From Isurus oxyrinchus (lineage: Eukaryota): 64,000 bases of DNA. How positions within the stretch are numbered: position 1 is the stretch's first letter; each line of letters opens with the position of its first letter. Positions 11,961-25,849 of this stretch are shown in pieces. Under the pieces are notes generated by a model. That model made no database searches. It was not told the DNA's origin and worked only from the letters and a program-made list of their open reading frames with translations. The position numbers were made by a program, and so were the translations under genes. The DNA lies in contig JANJGN010000042.1 in NCBI GenBank assembly GCA_026770705.1, positions 620,001 through 684,000 of the forward strand. The letters are read 5' to 3'.

Positions 11961-12399
11961 ATCTGTTGTGTTGTTCACATTGACAATGATCGAACAATTC
12001 CCACGAATGTTTCATTGATAGAGAGCAATGTAACATTCAATATTCCCCCAATGAATTTGATGGAAGGACATCATGAGCACCCAGTTTTTGACAGATGTAT
12101 GAACAATGTAATAATAGACTTTTGATGAATATTCTATATTAGCACCACGATCACACAGGTGTGTTTCTGCTCTCAGTCTCCAACACTAATTTGTTCATGA
12201 GCTGCTGCTGACGCTTTGACTTGACCACTGTTGACGCCGGAATTTCCTTCTGCTGATATCACCGGGCAATGTCCCATATTTTCCCGTCTCCGCTGTTTAT
12301 CCATATTGAGTGAGGCTGCCTACTTGGCTGCATCTTTCACATCTCAGGCGCAATGCTTTGATTTGAAATATCCATTACAGGACAACGTTGATAGTTGAT

Positions 12400-12660
12400 C
12401 CCGACAGTGCAGTGCAGTACGGAGTCAGTGCTGCATTGCAAGAGGGACCTCACTCGGAAGGAGACTTCGGCTTCTGCCATTTCCAAAGGTTCAGATCGAC
12501 ACTGATCTTCCAGTTGACTATATGTGAGGAGCTAGGATGTATCTTCACATGCAGGCAAACGCCCTGTCTGGAAGATCAGAAATCATTCATTGCCCCTTTA
12601 CTCCTCGCTGTATGTCGATATTTTTGAGCAGGTTTAATTCCCAAAGTTCACAACAATGAA
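12400..12660 (+). mobile_element. Old SINE remnant, Deu-domain (SacSINE1/AmnSINE-like)
   Basis: cagtgcagtac.gag..agtgctgcattg..gagg resembles the DeuSINE central domain from memory; heavily diverged. Confidence 0.4.
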
Positions 12661-14824
12661 TAATTTTCAATAATTATTGCCAATTATTATATAGGAAAGG
12701 AACTATATTGATCTTCAGTGAGATATAATCCGCGCCCTTGTTAGTTTCCACACTTCTTGTTGCTTGTTTTGTTACTTACCTTCGTCATTATTTCCTGCAA
12801 TGCCTTGCAGATGCTTACACTTTCTTCTTGCTTATACAAAAATTCTAGGTTGGTTTCTCAGTTTTAACGATGTCTTTTGTTCTCCATTAGTTTTTACTAA
12901 AATATTTGACATTCATATAACTTTGACCTGACCTATATTGAATTAAGATTTCAATTTACAAAGCTGAATCACTTGCCCATTGCAATTGCGCAACTGGGGA
13001 ACACATCTGAAAGGTACAAATTCATGCAGAATCCTATACAATTGTTGATTTGTTTATAGTTTGAGCAGTAACCTTCCTGTATTCGTTCTCTCCCAAACTC
13101 ACACGCACGCAAACTCAGTCTCTTTCCACCTTCTCTCTTTCTCTCTCTCTCTCTTTATTGCAGCTAACCTGGCGGTGATTGTGATCCTTTCTCGAGTGAA
13201 ATGCGGCCTCTCCACCTGTATAACCTATTATTTACAATCCCTGGCGGTGTCAGATCCCCTGCTCATTATAACCGCTGTGATATTGAACCGGATTGCTGGT
13301 ATTTATTTCCCACTCAGTTTCCTGTCAATCACACCAGTATGCAGTCTCCGTGAAGCCTTAACATATTCAGCCATAGACAGCTCTGCCTGGTTAACTACAG
13401 CTTTCACCTTTGATCGATTTGTGGCCATTTGTTGCCAGAAGCTGAAAGTAAAATGTTGTTCCAAAAAAACGGCGGCACGGGTTATAGGGACAATCTGCGC
13501 AATCAGCTGTGTCAAAAACACCTTCCAGTATTTTATATACGAATCTTTGTACATAATTGACAATGTGCCCTGGTTCTGCGATGTAAAAGTGATATTTTAT
13601 ACCTCACTTGCATGGATCGCCTATGACTGCATTCATCACATTTTAACCCCTTGTCTCCCATTCATTCTGATTTTACTGCTCAATGTACTGACAGTCAGAC
13701 ACATTCTCGCAGCCAGTAGAGCTCGCAGGAGACTCCAGACCCGGAGAAATGGAGACAATCAGCGTGACCCTGAGATGGAGAAGCGGAAAAAGTCCATGAT
13801 TTTACTCTTCTGTTAATCGGGAAATTTCATCCTGTTATACTTGTTAATTTTTATAACTTTCCTCTATGTGCAAATTGGAAATGTTAAATACTTATCAAGC
13901 TCGGAAATCAATCTTTCAACATTCATTCTTGAGGAAAAAACATATATGCTTCAGTTTTTGAGTTCCTGCGCAAACCTGTTTATTTATGCAGGGACCCAGA
14001 GTAAATTCAGAGAGGTGTTAAAGAATGGGGTGAAATATCCACTACTTGAAATTGTTAAATCGTTTGGACGATAAGGACAGCAAAATCCAACTTCAGCTGT
14101 ACACAAGATTCCATCCTTGCCCCTTCTTGTCGATGCCACGCATTGTTTTCCATTCTAGTTCACAGTCACTCAGTTTGAAAATAAGACTGTTAAAGGCGCA
14201 ATACATCCGAGCACGATTAAGTGTCAGTATCTGTTCTCTGGTAGTTAAATGTTCTCTTCCCCATATTTTCTGTGGTCTGTCTTATTCCCATCAGAATCCA
14301 GGGTCCTTGTAGTATCTCTACGTTCATGTGGACGGCTAAGTGTCGTATCTCTGATTTCTTACACCCATCCAACATGAAATGTGGATAAAGCAACCACAAT
14401 CTCCCTGCGTCCCGCCCCAGTAATGATTCTAATCTTGATGGTTGGATACGCTTCGAAATGGATGCACATACTATCCTCAGGAATTGTTCTCCACTGACCA
14501 AGCACCGCTTTACAGCAAACACCTGAGCCCCTAAATATACAAACAGCAGACTGGGGGATTGCGATGGCAAAACACCATCAATTCATCTTCTGCACTTTCC
14601 GTTGGCCAATTGGGAAGAGTCCCATCTCTAAAGGGGCCCCAAAAATGACCAACAAAATCATTTTTCAAAAAGTTAGAAAACTGCATAAGGACATGATCTT
14701 CATTTATCATTTCTAAATCTTCAGCCGATTTCGTTTCCTGCTGTCCTGTTAGCCACGTTGATAAAGGTAGAAGGGATTTTTTTATTCGTTCAATCGCTAA
14801 ATGCTCTTGTTCTGAGAGCATTTA

Positions 14825-15064
14825 AGAGTCACTTAGAGGCCAGACAGCAGATGCTCTTTCCTGCAGGAAATAATTAAACCAAATGGGCTTTTACAGCAAT
14901 TAGCAATGGTTTCATGATCATCATCAGACGCTTAATTAAAGATTTTTATTAAATTCAAATTGCCCAACCTTCCACGGTGGGATGTGAACTTAGGTCCCCA
15001 GAGAATTAGATTGGGCCTTATGCAATGTTAACCTGGTCATAATGCTGCTACACCACCACCTCCC
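14825..15064 (-). mobile_element. tRNA-derived SINE
   Basis: Reversed tRNA-like head (gtgggatgtgaac..ggtccccagagaatta..caccaccacctccc) and a body shared with 25850, 42880 and 54350. Confidence 0.7.
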
Positions 15065-15649
15065 ATCAGTAGTTAGCTGGTCCTACCAATTTATCTTAAC
15101 AGTTATTCGACAACAGGCCCAGACGTGATCAACTATAATGTCAGTGGATAGCTTCAATATTCGGGGCGCGAAATTAGTTGTAGCAGTGGTACCGAGGTTT
15201 AGCTGTGGTTTGCTGAGGCACCCTCTACCATGACCCAGAATTCCATTTGTGAAAGAGGCCTGTGGGAGTATGCCCCGTATTTGCCTGAAAGAGATGAATC
15301 GATGTTACACTGAAGTCACACATCCTGACGACTGAGGTGATGGCAGTATACCGAATGTGGACTAGAAAACGCATTAATACATCATTCGGCAAACAGAAGC
15401 TCCAGTTCTGCAAAACTGACACTCCACCAGTGTTTCACAATGGGCTTGGTACCTTAATATCATGGAATTTAATTTGGAGGAGTTCTCCTGTCACAAACTA
15501 TTTGGTGTTATTAAGGCTTGTTTTTGGAGGCCTTGTGGTTGGTTTCTGGATTTCCCAGATGACTGTTCTGCAGCCTGTAAGGAGAGGCAGCAGATCTGAT
15601 GATGTGTCCACGGGGCCAACGATGCCTCTGGACCAGCAACGTTACAGCT

Positions 15650-16050
15650 GAAATGCAGTGTCGGCTATGAAGAGACGATGCTCTGGCAAATGCAATCTGT
15701 TCAAATGGAGCCAGACTCTTTAATGCTCCTTGACAGCGGCAGGAGTTGCCATTGCATTGTATGAACCAATATTAAGAATCTCACTCTATCTACTGACAAT
15801 ACTCAATAGAACCATTTATCAATGATCTGGTGGGCAGGATTTTGGGGTGTGCATAGCGTGAAATGCAAGCGAGTTTAGTTGACACTTAATGGATTCCAGA
15901 GAATAACAGGATGTTGGTGCTGCAGTGTTGCTTTGTAATGCAGTAGGGGCCAACAACTCGGCAATTTGGGCTGACTGGCGAGACGTTCCATTCGTTTTCA
16001 TTTTGGGCGGATGCTGGATGACACTGACACTGCTCAGGAGCACATTCGTC
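15650..16050 (-). mobile_element. Possible ancient LINE (RTE-like) RT remnant
   Basis: Reverse strand gives LFIADTAF (FADD-like) and a QG..APT-like segment; very degenerate. Confidence 0.3.
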
Positions 16051-17049
16051 TTTCGAAAGGCAGGTTCAGAAAGAATTTGACGAATTTATTAGTCGGGTTG
16101 TCTCGTTATTTCCGTTGCATCAATTAATCCATTGTAATTCCCAATAAGATCAGTCGTTATTTTTTTCATGTTCTCCTTTACAAACTAGATTTTTTAAAAA
16201 CTTATTCAGCAGGAAACATTACCCCCATGATATCTTACAATATCTTTAAAAGTTGCACTTTTCTCACGTTATGATGTTGAATGTTAATGAAGCATGTTGA
16301 CATTGAATGTCACATGACAATCTAGAAGCCCCCATGCAAATTCACCACAGAGACATTTCCTATCCTGTGTGAAAATCATTGCTGCATTACAATCAGTCAG
16401 CCTAACATTGCCGCCAGGTGAACGTCCAGTGAGCAGAATCGGGGCAATTTTAATGGTGAATTTGAAGATTTTCGGTTAATAACCGACAGCTAACATGGAT
16501 TTGTAATAAGGCAAAATAGACAAACTTGACGGAACTTTTCTCTGAAGTAATAGACGGGATGGTATTCGTGGGTCCCAATGGTTTTGCATCGTGAAGCAAG
16601 TTAACACAGTGTCCCACAAGTATCGGTGTCAATTGTCATTTGTGATATCTGTTAGTCATATGGACACGGGAACAAAGGGTAAAAATTTAAGCTTTGCCGA
16701 TAGCACAAGACATGGATCTGGAGAAAACTGTGTGCAGGCTAGTTGACATAATTCAGGAAAGACAGCTGGAATGCCAGGCGCATGAGATATGGAATTTACT
16801 GCACAAAATATGATTTGGAATGCTTTAATTGGAAATAAATCGAGTTGGGAAGCAACATAACCCAACAGGCTAGAAACTTCGGTGATGCCAGTACAGTGGT
16901 GTATATTCTGGAAGGAGGGCCTTGGGAGTTCTCAACATCTGCTGTGGAATCCATCAAGTCTCATGACATCAGAGAACATTAAATCAAACATGGATAAGGA
17001 AAACTACTGCTATTAGATATCAGACATCCAGAATCCAATTTTCCAGGAT

Positions 17050-18560
17050 TGGGGATGGAGGTGATTGGCCGCTGGGGGAGAGGGTGGGGGGCAGTGTTCG
17101 AATCATCGGGTGTGTCCAGGGTTGTTACATTTGGATACCAGGAGAGAATTCGGCGTGGTTGGGATGGTTGTCGAGGTGTTCGAGTGATACCCTGGGCTGT
17201 ACAGGGGGCTGGAAGGCTTATGAGGTAATGAGGGGTCTGCAGGGTGTTTGGGGAATCGGGGGAGATTGTTGATGTCATGCTTGGCGAGTACTCGATGTAG
17301 GGTGGGAGGGTGTTTGGCAGGTTATCAGGAGTATTTGCGAGGTTGGTTGGGTCCTAACTGGGTGAGGGTGCAGTCGGGTGCTTGTGGATCGTCGATCATT
17401 GGGAAGACAGCCTGGGGGCGGGAGGGTCGTCAGGGGTTGGGGAAGGAAATGGGGCGTAGTCAGGTGCGGTTTGAGAGGATAGGCAGAGGAGCTTCGGCAG
17501 TCGGGGAGGTGGGAGATATATTTGAGGTTTCCAGTGGGGGGGTCGGGGTTCTCATTTCTATCGTGACCCAGGAGTTAGAAGCGATTTTCGTTCTTCTCAC
17601 TCCTCCTGGGAAACTATTCTTCCGGGACAGGCATAACGAACTGAAGTTTCCCATTTAAATCCACGTGTCGGACGGTTCCTGATGTTCTTCAGAAGTTTGA
17701 ATTTTCCGGTCAATACCCATACAGCCCTCATATGGGGGCTTCCGGACCGGGGGCGGATGGTGGAGGTTGTGCTTCTCCCAGAGCATCTTTGGGGTGCCTC
17801 ATGGCTGTGGCCCTACGGAGATCAGAATGTATTTTCAACATGTCCCAGATCTGACCAGTGGATGGCCTGACCCCGAGGTACCAGAGAGATGCAATGTTCG
17901 ATCCCTTGTAAGTCCCCACTTCAGGACTGCCCGGCAACTTCCCCCGGATTTTCCACATCCTTTGGGCAATTAGTACTGCATCTGGAACATTCCAGAACCC
18001 TGGGTTAGATTTGGAGGAGTTGGATTGTTCTGGCATACTTAGCAGAATAGGTACCCAGGAAACGTGAGAAGGATTAATACCTGTTCCAGCTCCTGAGTAA
18101 CCAGAATTCAGATCTCCAACTCTGAAATGGACACCCCAATTACTGTCCAGACAGGCCGAGTGTGCCCCAGGACCCCGACTACCATCCAAAATCCAATTAC
18201 CCATACCCTGACTAATACATTGAAACTTCAACTGCCGCCGAGACCAGGGGGACAACACCCATCCCCAAACTAATCCCCTACATTCCCATTGCACCCAACC
18301 CCCGACTACCCTCCCGAACACCCGAATCTCCCCCTACCCCAGACAACCCTCCAGATAACCCAAACGCTACCCACACTCCCACCCCACACTGCCTACTCAG
18401 CACCTGAACACCCACCCACTAACCACCCCCCCGTCCAATTGTCTAGCCCCCTTCCCCGACTAAATGTCGACAACCTCGAACTCCCTGATATCCCTCGAAC
18501 TACCCTATTCCCTCACCCCTTTACTTGCCACCCGACTACCTGACCCTGCTGTCTGGCACA
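17050..18560. repeat. Large imperfect inverted repeat of the G-rich/core family
   Basis: G-rich 17050-17550 plus core 17560-17760, then reversed core about 17860-18100 (cttagcagaataggtacccaggaaa matches the reverse complement of 23917-23940) plus C-rich 18250-18560. Confidence 0.6.
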
Positions 18561-19084
18561 CTGACCTTCTGTCTGCGCTGTGCCAATCTGGTTTTGGAAT
18601 CATTAAAGCTACTGCTAAGCGGTAGCTAGAGCTACAGAAATGCTCTGGCTCAGCTTTCCCCGACATTCCTGTACGAGGAAGGAGGACTTTACACCTCACT
18701 GTTCCCTTGAAACCTGTTCTGAAGTGCAGGTGAGAAATGTGGAGCTGCGGGGCAGGGAACGGTGAAAATGGCGGAATGGCCATCCAAAGCTGATTACCAC
18801 TTCCGGGCCATCGTGTTTCATATTCCGCAGCTGATGAAAGCTTCCTTTATAAATCTTCAAACCATCAACATGAATATCGATAGTTTATGGTGAGACGGGA
18901 TTCCCCTGTCAGATCCATCCTGTCTGCCCAGAATCTAACATTCACACATTCTGTCCTTGAAAGAGCTGCAGTCAGAGAAATCATTGTCTACCTCTTTCTG
19001 GAATGTGCTTTTGGGAGAAGGTCTGGAAAATGATGGTCCAGCTTCATCCCGATCAGCTCCATAAAACAGGATTTTGTTCTCTCC

Positions 19085-20830
19085 GGGCCGAGATTATAAT
19101 CCTTTGTTTGTACTTAACAGTTGTACCCTCCAATAATACTTCCAATAACATGCACGCCCTGCAAATACATTGAAACAACGCTCTCACTTAGAAACTGAGT
19201 TAAGTGAATGATTTTCCAAGCATTTCCATCACATATTATGAAAGAAGATGAGATTCCCCAACTGATCACATAAGTGATAACACCCAGAGCCTGCAATTAC
19301 TAGCCATAAGTACCTATCGTTAAAATAACCGTTTTGAACTAGTAATTTTCCTGCGTTATCCAGTAATAGGTCATATGAAATTGATCCAAAACACACTGGC
19401 ACTGAATCTTTAAAAATACAATGTACTGATACGGACAGCATGTGGAATGTAAAGCAAGAACGGCTGTGGTGTTAGTAACCTCTTTTACAGTTTAAGTGAT
19501 CGGTTGATTTTCGGACCTCCTTGGCTGTTCCTCAGTTGTTTATTGAGATCTCTGTATTATGACTTTAAAATATGTTCTCCTGGTGATGCTAACAGTGAAA
19601 TGTCTTCATTTTATGATTCTGAATCTGTAATTAAGACATTCGTGGACAGTATTTCCGCCTTTCTGTCTGAAATGCGCGAGATAATTATTATTTTAAAATA
19701 ACTGTAGCTTATAATTTCACGATAGCTTGAATTGCATTTGTAAATATGTCTTTTCTTTCGCTGTTATCCCCTTCCCTTTATGCCAAATTTCTGTTTTCTC
19801 TTTCTGGCCTATGTTACACTTCTACTTACAGTTGGCAGCTCAGAGCATATGGGGTTGTCTCAATGTGACCCTCAAACGATAAATTCACTTTTGTGACCTT
19901 TAAATGAACTATTTCTACAAAACATGCTCTGAAATTGTTAATAAATCTTAAATGATAAGTGCACCAAGTATGACTTTGCTGAATTCATTTCTCCTCGCTT
20001 CATCGACATGGCTGCATTTTCCCTATTTCACGTTTTCCTCCTTTCCCGACTGGTATTTATCACGATTCCTGTCTGCAAAGTGTTTGAACTCGAGGCCCTT
20101 CAGTCAAAGAGCGATTCTCCACACAACGCCCCACCTGTGTAAAGAAATGTTTACCCCTTCCCTTTTATGGTAAAAACCAGAAGCAGAATGATGGAATGGC
20201 GAAGAGCAACTCAATGACTTCTCTGATCTGTCACAGTCAGCGTCGGGTCGTTCTAAATAATAAAGGCACTCTTCCTCAGAGGTTAATGCAGCACAATGTT
20301 TGAGGAAGAATACGTTCTTTACATATCACACAAAATATTCCCAGGCCTCTACAGCTCTGGTTAGGCGTGGAGTAAACTGCCCCCACCCACGCCACCACCG
20401 CCCCCCCCCCCACCCCCACCCCCACCCCCACCCCCCTCCGCACTGTCCGGCTAAACACTTACAAAGCAGAGAAGTTGCAGAGCCGATATATAACACTGAT
20501 ATTGCCGTTGGCACAACCATAGGCTAATTCCTAGAGGCCAGGAGATATATGGCACATAAACACCATCGAGACAAAATCTTGTCGGCCTTCTTATGCTGAA
20601 CCGGGCAAAAAACATGAGAACGATTCCGAGAGATTGGGACCAATGCAGATCTGATATAGACATACTATTGAACAGAAACTCTACAAGCTTTCGCTAGAAT
20701 TTGTATTCCCTCAGGCTTGAGAGGGAGCAGAACCCGTGGGACATTGGGGCCTCGATGACACAAAAAGGAAATCAGCCTAAACAAAGTGATGTGGTGCAAA
20801 ACCTGGGGCCTCTCTAATACACAAACCCTA
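19085..20830 (+). pseudogene. IgH membrane 3' end, copy 3: TM1 deleted, TM2 (FK*, 19491-19499) and 3'UTR retained
   Basis: Aligns to about 5980-6370, then jumps directly to cttttacAG TTT AAG TGA. AATAAA at 19940-19945. Similarity continues to cctggggcct.tc.aatac at about 20800. Confidence 0.75.
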
Positions 20831-21719
20831 ATGCCTTCTCTGGCACTTGTAGTTTCTTTGATCTGGAAGCTGCATGACTACTTGAACCCCTTATGAAGAC
20901 AACTGCAGATAGTACGTCCACACCATGAAAAGCTGCCTATTCTTTAAGGATTTCACACTGGCAGATCTGGCCTCTTTATGCAGGCATGGACTATCCAGTG
21001 AATTGTAATTATTGTTTACCCACGACACAAATCCATGCTTCCCCACATCAACTATTATTACTGAAACTAAAAGAAAACACGAGTTACCAGATTGGCTAGT
21101 CATAACACTTGATATCATGCGAATTGTCAAAACTAGCATGAATTACGTCTTGACTGAAAGAATGAAACGAGGGCTGAGAGTTAAAATTTCGCATCAGGTT
21201 TTGGAAAATTCACGTGTCCAATGGTCGAGAACAGCTATAGAGGCAGAGATTAGAAGTGAAGGAAAGGGGTGAGATGGGCTGTGCTAATGCACAATGCACA
21301 AAAAGTTAACTGACTAAAGATGGTGGTGTAAGGCTGAATATGGGTTGCAATGGGAGAGATGTTTCTGCTTGCTGTTTACACAGATACACACATTACTCCT
21401 GATCAACCGATCACAACTGACCTTTGAAAGGAGCACTCCAGGCCGGAGTTGTTTCTTCGCTGCAACAAATGGCGCAACTCCGCCAGGTTTACAACTCGTT
21501 TTGTGTTGCAATGTGGAGAGTGCCTAATTTCAAAATGAGAATACAAATATTACAACTTTGATTTTAAACATTGAATCATAGTACAGATACTGAGTATAGT
21601 TGTTTGAATTTTCATGGTATTACTAATGATTGAGAAAAAGTAATTATACATTTGGATATTTGCTGGACATAGATTCTAACATCCTGAAATTCATTACAAG
21701 CTGAGGCACCAGGCGGAAA

Positions 21720-21940
21720 ACAACAGTTGTCCTCCTGTAATAACTGGCATGGCGCCTGAGTCTAAATATTAAAACCTTCCAAGCATTCTGGTAGATCAGT
21801 GCCGGCCTGCTTCTAGACCAATGTTTATCATTTCTAATGTTCCGTTCCCAGAACTTTACAAGTAATCCAGCATGTAATCTAACCAGGGATTTGTACAGCT
21901 GTAGCAAAGCTTTTCTCCTTTTCTGTTAAAGCCTCAGTTC
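21720..21940 (-). mobile_element. CR1 LINE RT C-terminal fragment
   Basis: Reverse ORF LLQLYKSLVRLH..V.FW, typical of the CR1 ORF2 C-terminus. Confidence 0.6.
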
Positions 21941-22351
21941 ATGGTACAGTAAATGGACTTACACTGTGCACATCCATTCAGAGTAATGAAAACCCTCTTG
22001 ATCAGAAAAAAACGACTTTTGGCTCTTTGGTATGAATTCAATTGCACGAGTAAACACTGCATATGTCGAAAACTGCATAAGAATCACAAGCCCAACTCTT
22101 CGTGTCTTTCCATCAGGAAAGTTTGTTTATTCAGGCAATCTGTGCGAGCACACCGCAGAAAATCCTTCAAAAGGGAATTGGCCAATTACTTGCAAGAGGA
22201 TATGGAGCCCAACACATGTGGTCATTCAACATAATTGACCAAAGCATCATTTACTCCGTCAATGTTAGAGTTGGATATCAATACTTCATGACAATTAGGC
22301 ACAATATCGGTTAAAATTCAAAGGGTAAAGTGATGCTTCTGTAACAGTATT

Positions 22352-22992
22352 TTTATTCATTCATGGATGTGGGCGTCCCAGGTCCAGTCAGCATTTAATG
22401 CCCACCCGTAATTGCCCTTGAGAACATGGTGTTAATGAGCTGCCTTCTTGAACTGCTGTGGTCCATGTAGTGTAGGTACACCTATGTTCTGTTAGGGAGG
22501 GAGTTCCAGGATATTGACCCAGGGACATATAAGGAACAACGACATATTTACAAGTCAGTATGATGAGTGACTTGAAGGGGAAATTCCAGTTGTTGGAGTT
22601 CCCATATATCTGCTGCCCTTGTCATTCAAGAAGGTAGTGGCCGTAAGTTTGGAAGGTGCTGTCTAAGGTGAATTCCTGCAGTGCATCTTGTAGATGGCAA
22701 ATAGTGCTGCCACTGTGTACCAGTGGTGGAGTGATGAATATTTGTGGATTGAGGGTCAATCCCGCGGGCTGCTTTGTCCTGGATGGTGCCAAGCTTCCTG
22801 AGCGTTGTTGGAGCAGCACTCATCCAGGCAAGTGGGAAGTATTTAATTACACTTTTGACTTGCACCTAGTAGGTGGTGGGCAGGCTTTGGGGAATCAGGA
22901 GGTGAGTTAATTGACGCAGGATACCCAGCCTCTTCCCTGCTCTTGTAGCCACAGTGTTCAGATGGCTATCCCAGTACAGTTTCTAGTCAACG
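22352..22992 (-). mobile_element. LINE 3' fragment, same family as 1-1205
   Basis: Reverse complement of about 560-1200 (YFPLAWMSAAPTTLRKLGTIQDKAAR), including the 3' tail. Confidence 0.85.
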
Positions 22993-22994
22993 GA

Positions 22995-24165
22995 TGTGTC
23001 AGGGGAAGAGTAGATCAGGATTAGAAAAGCCAGCGTGAGGCAGGATGCTTTGAACTGACAGAATGTGTAAGGTGTTGTGAACAGTTGACGTAGTGTAACT
23101 TGTGTCAGGAGTAGATTTCGTTGGCAGTTGAGGAATGGTCGGGCTTGTAGTCCAGTTCAAGTGGGGCAGGATATCTCGGGGCAGAAATGGTCGGGCGGGT
23201 TGGCTGGTTCAGGCTGTCTGCTGGGTCGGAGAGGTAGAGTGGGTAGTATAGTTCCAGTGGGTTAGAATAGTCCAGACTGTAGGATAGTCCTTGGAGGCAG
23301 GATGGGTTGAGGTGGGTAGGTTGGGCTAGGAGAATTGGATGATTCAGGGTATGATACTTGGAGTGCTGTATGATGGGCTGGAGGTTGGACGGGGCGAGTT
23401 GGGTTGGGTGTGCCATTCGGGATGGATGGATCAGGGGTAGAATGGTGGAGCGTGGTAGGATGTTTCAGTGATGTAATCTGTGGCTGGCTGGTTGGATGAG
23501 TTGAGTGGGGCAGTATGGGTCAGGGGCATAGGATAGTCCCGGGTTTAGGGTAGGTGGAATGGGATAGGAAGGATCGGGTGGTAGCATCGTTCAGGGGAAT
23601 AGGATACGTTGGGATTAGGATAGGTGGAGTGGGTAGGATAGGTCGGAGGGTGTAGAATTAGTCCAGGGGTATTTTGTGTCTGCGGGTGTCTAATGGTCAG
23701 TCGAGGCGTGGGTGAGGCTATTTGCGGAGGGAGGAATAATCGGGTGGTGTTTTTGTAGCCGGGTTATTCAGGGGGATGGGGTTGTAGTCCGGGGTAGGAA
23801 GGTAGTCAGGCTGTCAGGAGGATAATCAGGGCAACCGAGTGAGGAACGGTGGAGGGGAATATTGTGGGTCAAGTCTGGAATCGGGAAGTAGGAAATTATT
23901 TCAAATCCCCTAACTTTTCCTGGATACCTATTCTGCTAAGAGTGGTGGAGCTACGTATGCTCTGCAATTTAAATTTGATTTCCAGATGATTCCAAGGCAT
24001 CCAGGATAATTTTCCATCAGAAGTTTGAAGTTCCTGTGCAATATCTGTGTAATGTTTACATGAGTAATTCCTGCGGGGGCCCGGGTGCATCTTCTGGGGT
24101 ACTTACTGCGCACAACCCCTCCAAATCCACGTACCGAATTCGGAAGTTTGGTGCGAATGACAATG
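22995..24165 (+). repeat. G-rich low-complexity arm plus conserved core (same family as 1530 and 17050)
   Basis: About 900 bp of gggtagga/gtcggg-like units, then ttttcctggatacctattctgctaag and catcagaagtttgaagttcc. Confidence 0.6.
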
Positions 24166-24430
24166 GTTCCCTGAATATAGTCTGCTCTGACGCTAAATAC
24201 AATGCTCTCTGCCCTGTAACTGGAATGATCTCTGTCCCCTAATACAATTTTCAATGTCCCCTAAAACAATGACCACTTTCCCATAACCATAATGATCACT
24301 AGCTGCTAAATACAATCTTTAAATGTCCCCTAACTACAATGATCATCTTCTCCTAAATTCAATCATTAATGTCCCCTGAATGCAATATTCATTGTCCCCT
24401 AAAAATAATGTTGATTCCCCCGTAAATGGA
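24165..24430. repeat. ~23-bp minisatellite
   Basis: tgtcccctaa.tacaat unit repeated every 22-24 bp. Confidence 0.75.
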
Positions 24431-25849
24431 ACAATGCTCTCTCTGCAGGGAACATTTGTCAGAGCTCCGCAAGCGATTATTTAGAAGTTTACTAGAAAAG
24501 CATCATATTACCGCTGCTTTAAATGTTATTTATGGATAATTATTTTAAAATAGACTCGGCACAGTCACAGGGCCCTGTGTATTGTACCCAGTTCGGTGAG
24601 TCTGCTTTTATCAGGGAGCTGCTGATGCTGTTGATAACTTCCAATGTTTTTTCTTTTTGTTTCTTTATGAGATTTTCAGATTTATTTCCATGTTACATAG
24701 TTGCCTTTGAATTACTTTCATCTTTTTCAGCTTGTGATTACTGGCTGTAATGGCTTAATTACAGTATGACATTTTACAACTATGCTTTGTTCAAATACAT
24801 TAAGTGTAAAAATTAAAGTAATCAGGGATTCAAGCACATCATTAAACCGAGATGAGATACGGACCAAGGTGTGGCCTAAAACAGAGCAATTCTATTTCAT
24901 TGATTTATTAACCTGTGTTTGCTTTTCTACATATAATTTCCAATCCCTGTTTTGTAGATTCCAGCCGATCATAGAAAACACACTAATTTAAATCATGAAG
25001 TCTTCTTAATTTCACAAAGCTCAAATGAACATGTAATTAAGAAAATACTTTGAAATGGAAGTCGATCTGTAAGTTTACTAAGCTAGATATCGGGCATTGT
25101 TGTTTACGTGTCGTCTCAGAGGTGAAACACAATTGTTACCTGTAACTGCTAACCAGACCTCCACTTTAATAGCAATTTCTCAAAATGCACAAATCAAACC
25201 AAGAGGATAATTACTTTTTATTTTAAGTTTCAGCTTCTTGTTCCGTTGCCAGAACTCTCCTTTTTAAAAAATTCTTATATATTTGTAACAAAGTGTGACA
25301 CATGTTTTGCGATGGGACAAAATAAATGCATTGGCTCCAAGACTAACTGCAAACATGCAAACGTAAATGATAGGTTGTTTGATAGTGGCAGAGAAACTAA
25401 CCAATCAATAGAGACATTCATTTTGAGTGGAAAGGTTCGGCTCTTTTAAAGATAACAAGTTTACTTAATGTCAGGAGACCTAATTGTTCTAAATAAACAT
25501 CAAAGAGGTATTTGAACTTAATCATTATTTAATTGTCATTGGGCCAGTTTGGTGCAGGACACTTTCTAGTTGTGGACAAAAACGCCCAACACTTTAAGAT
25601 ATTTTTTTCGCGGTATGGCCGAACCTAACTCTGAATGGTGATAGAAACCTGGAATATTGGCGGAACGGTACGATTCGAAATATGATTATGTCAGCCTGTT
25701 GCCTGACTGCTCTCTGGGGCAGATCTCATGCATCCACATGTGTGTGAAGAAGACTTTACAGGATCGACAGAGCTGACTGTCATTTTGTTGTTTCTGGTGC
25801 TTAGCTCGATGCCGGGTGTTCCATCGCTTCTATTTTCAAACATTTGCTC

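Larger units (their letters stand above)
10932..14074 (+). pseudogene. GPR139/142-like class A GPCR gene 1, two exons (10932-11001, 13164-14074), one in-frame stop
   Basis: Exon 1 MHGSPKDLLSAIYYPVLAALGVP + G|GTAAAG; acceptor (ct)n ttattgcAG; exon 2 ANLAVIVILSR..CGLS..DRFVAICC..NLFIYAGTQSKFRE. TAA at 13814-13816 in TM6, and the frame continues to 14074. Confidence 0.9.
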
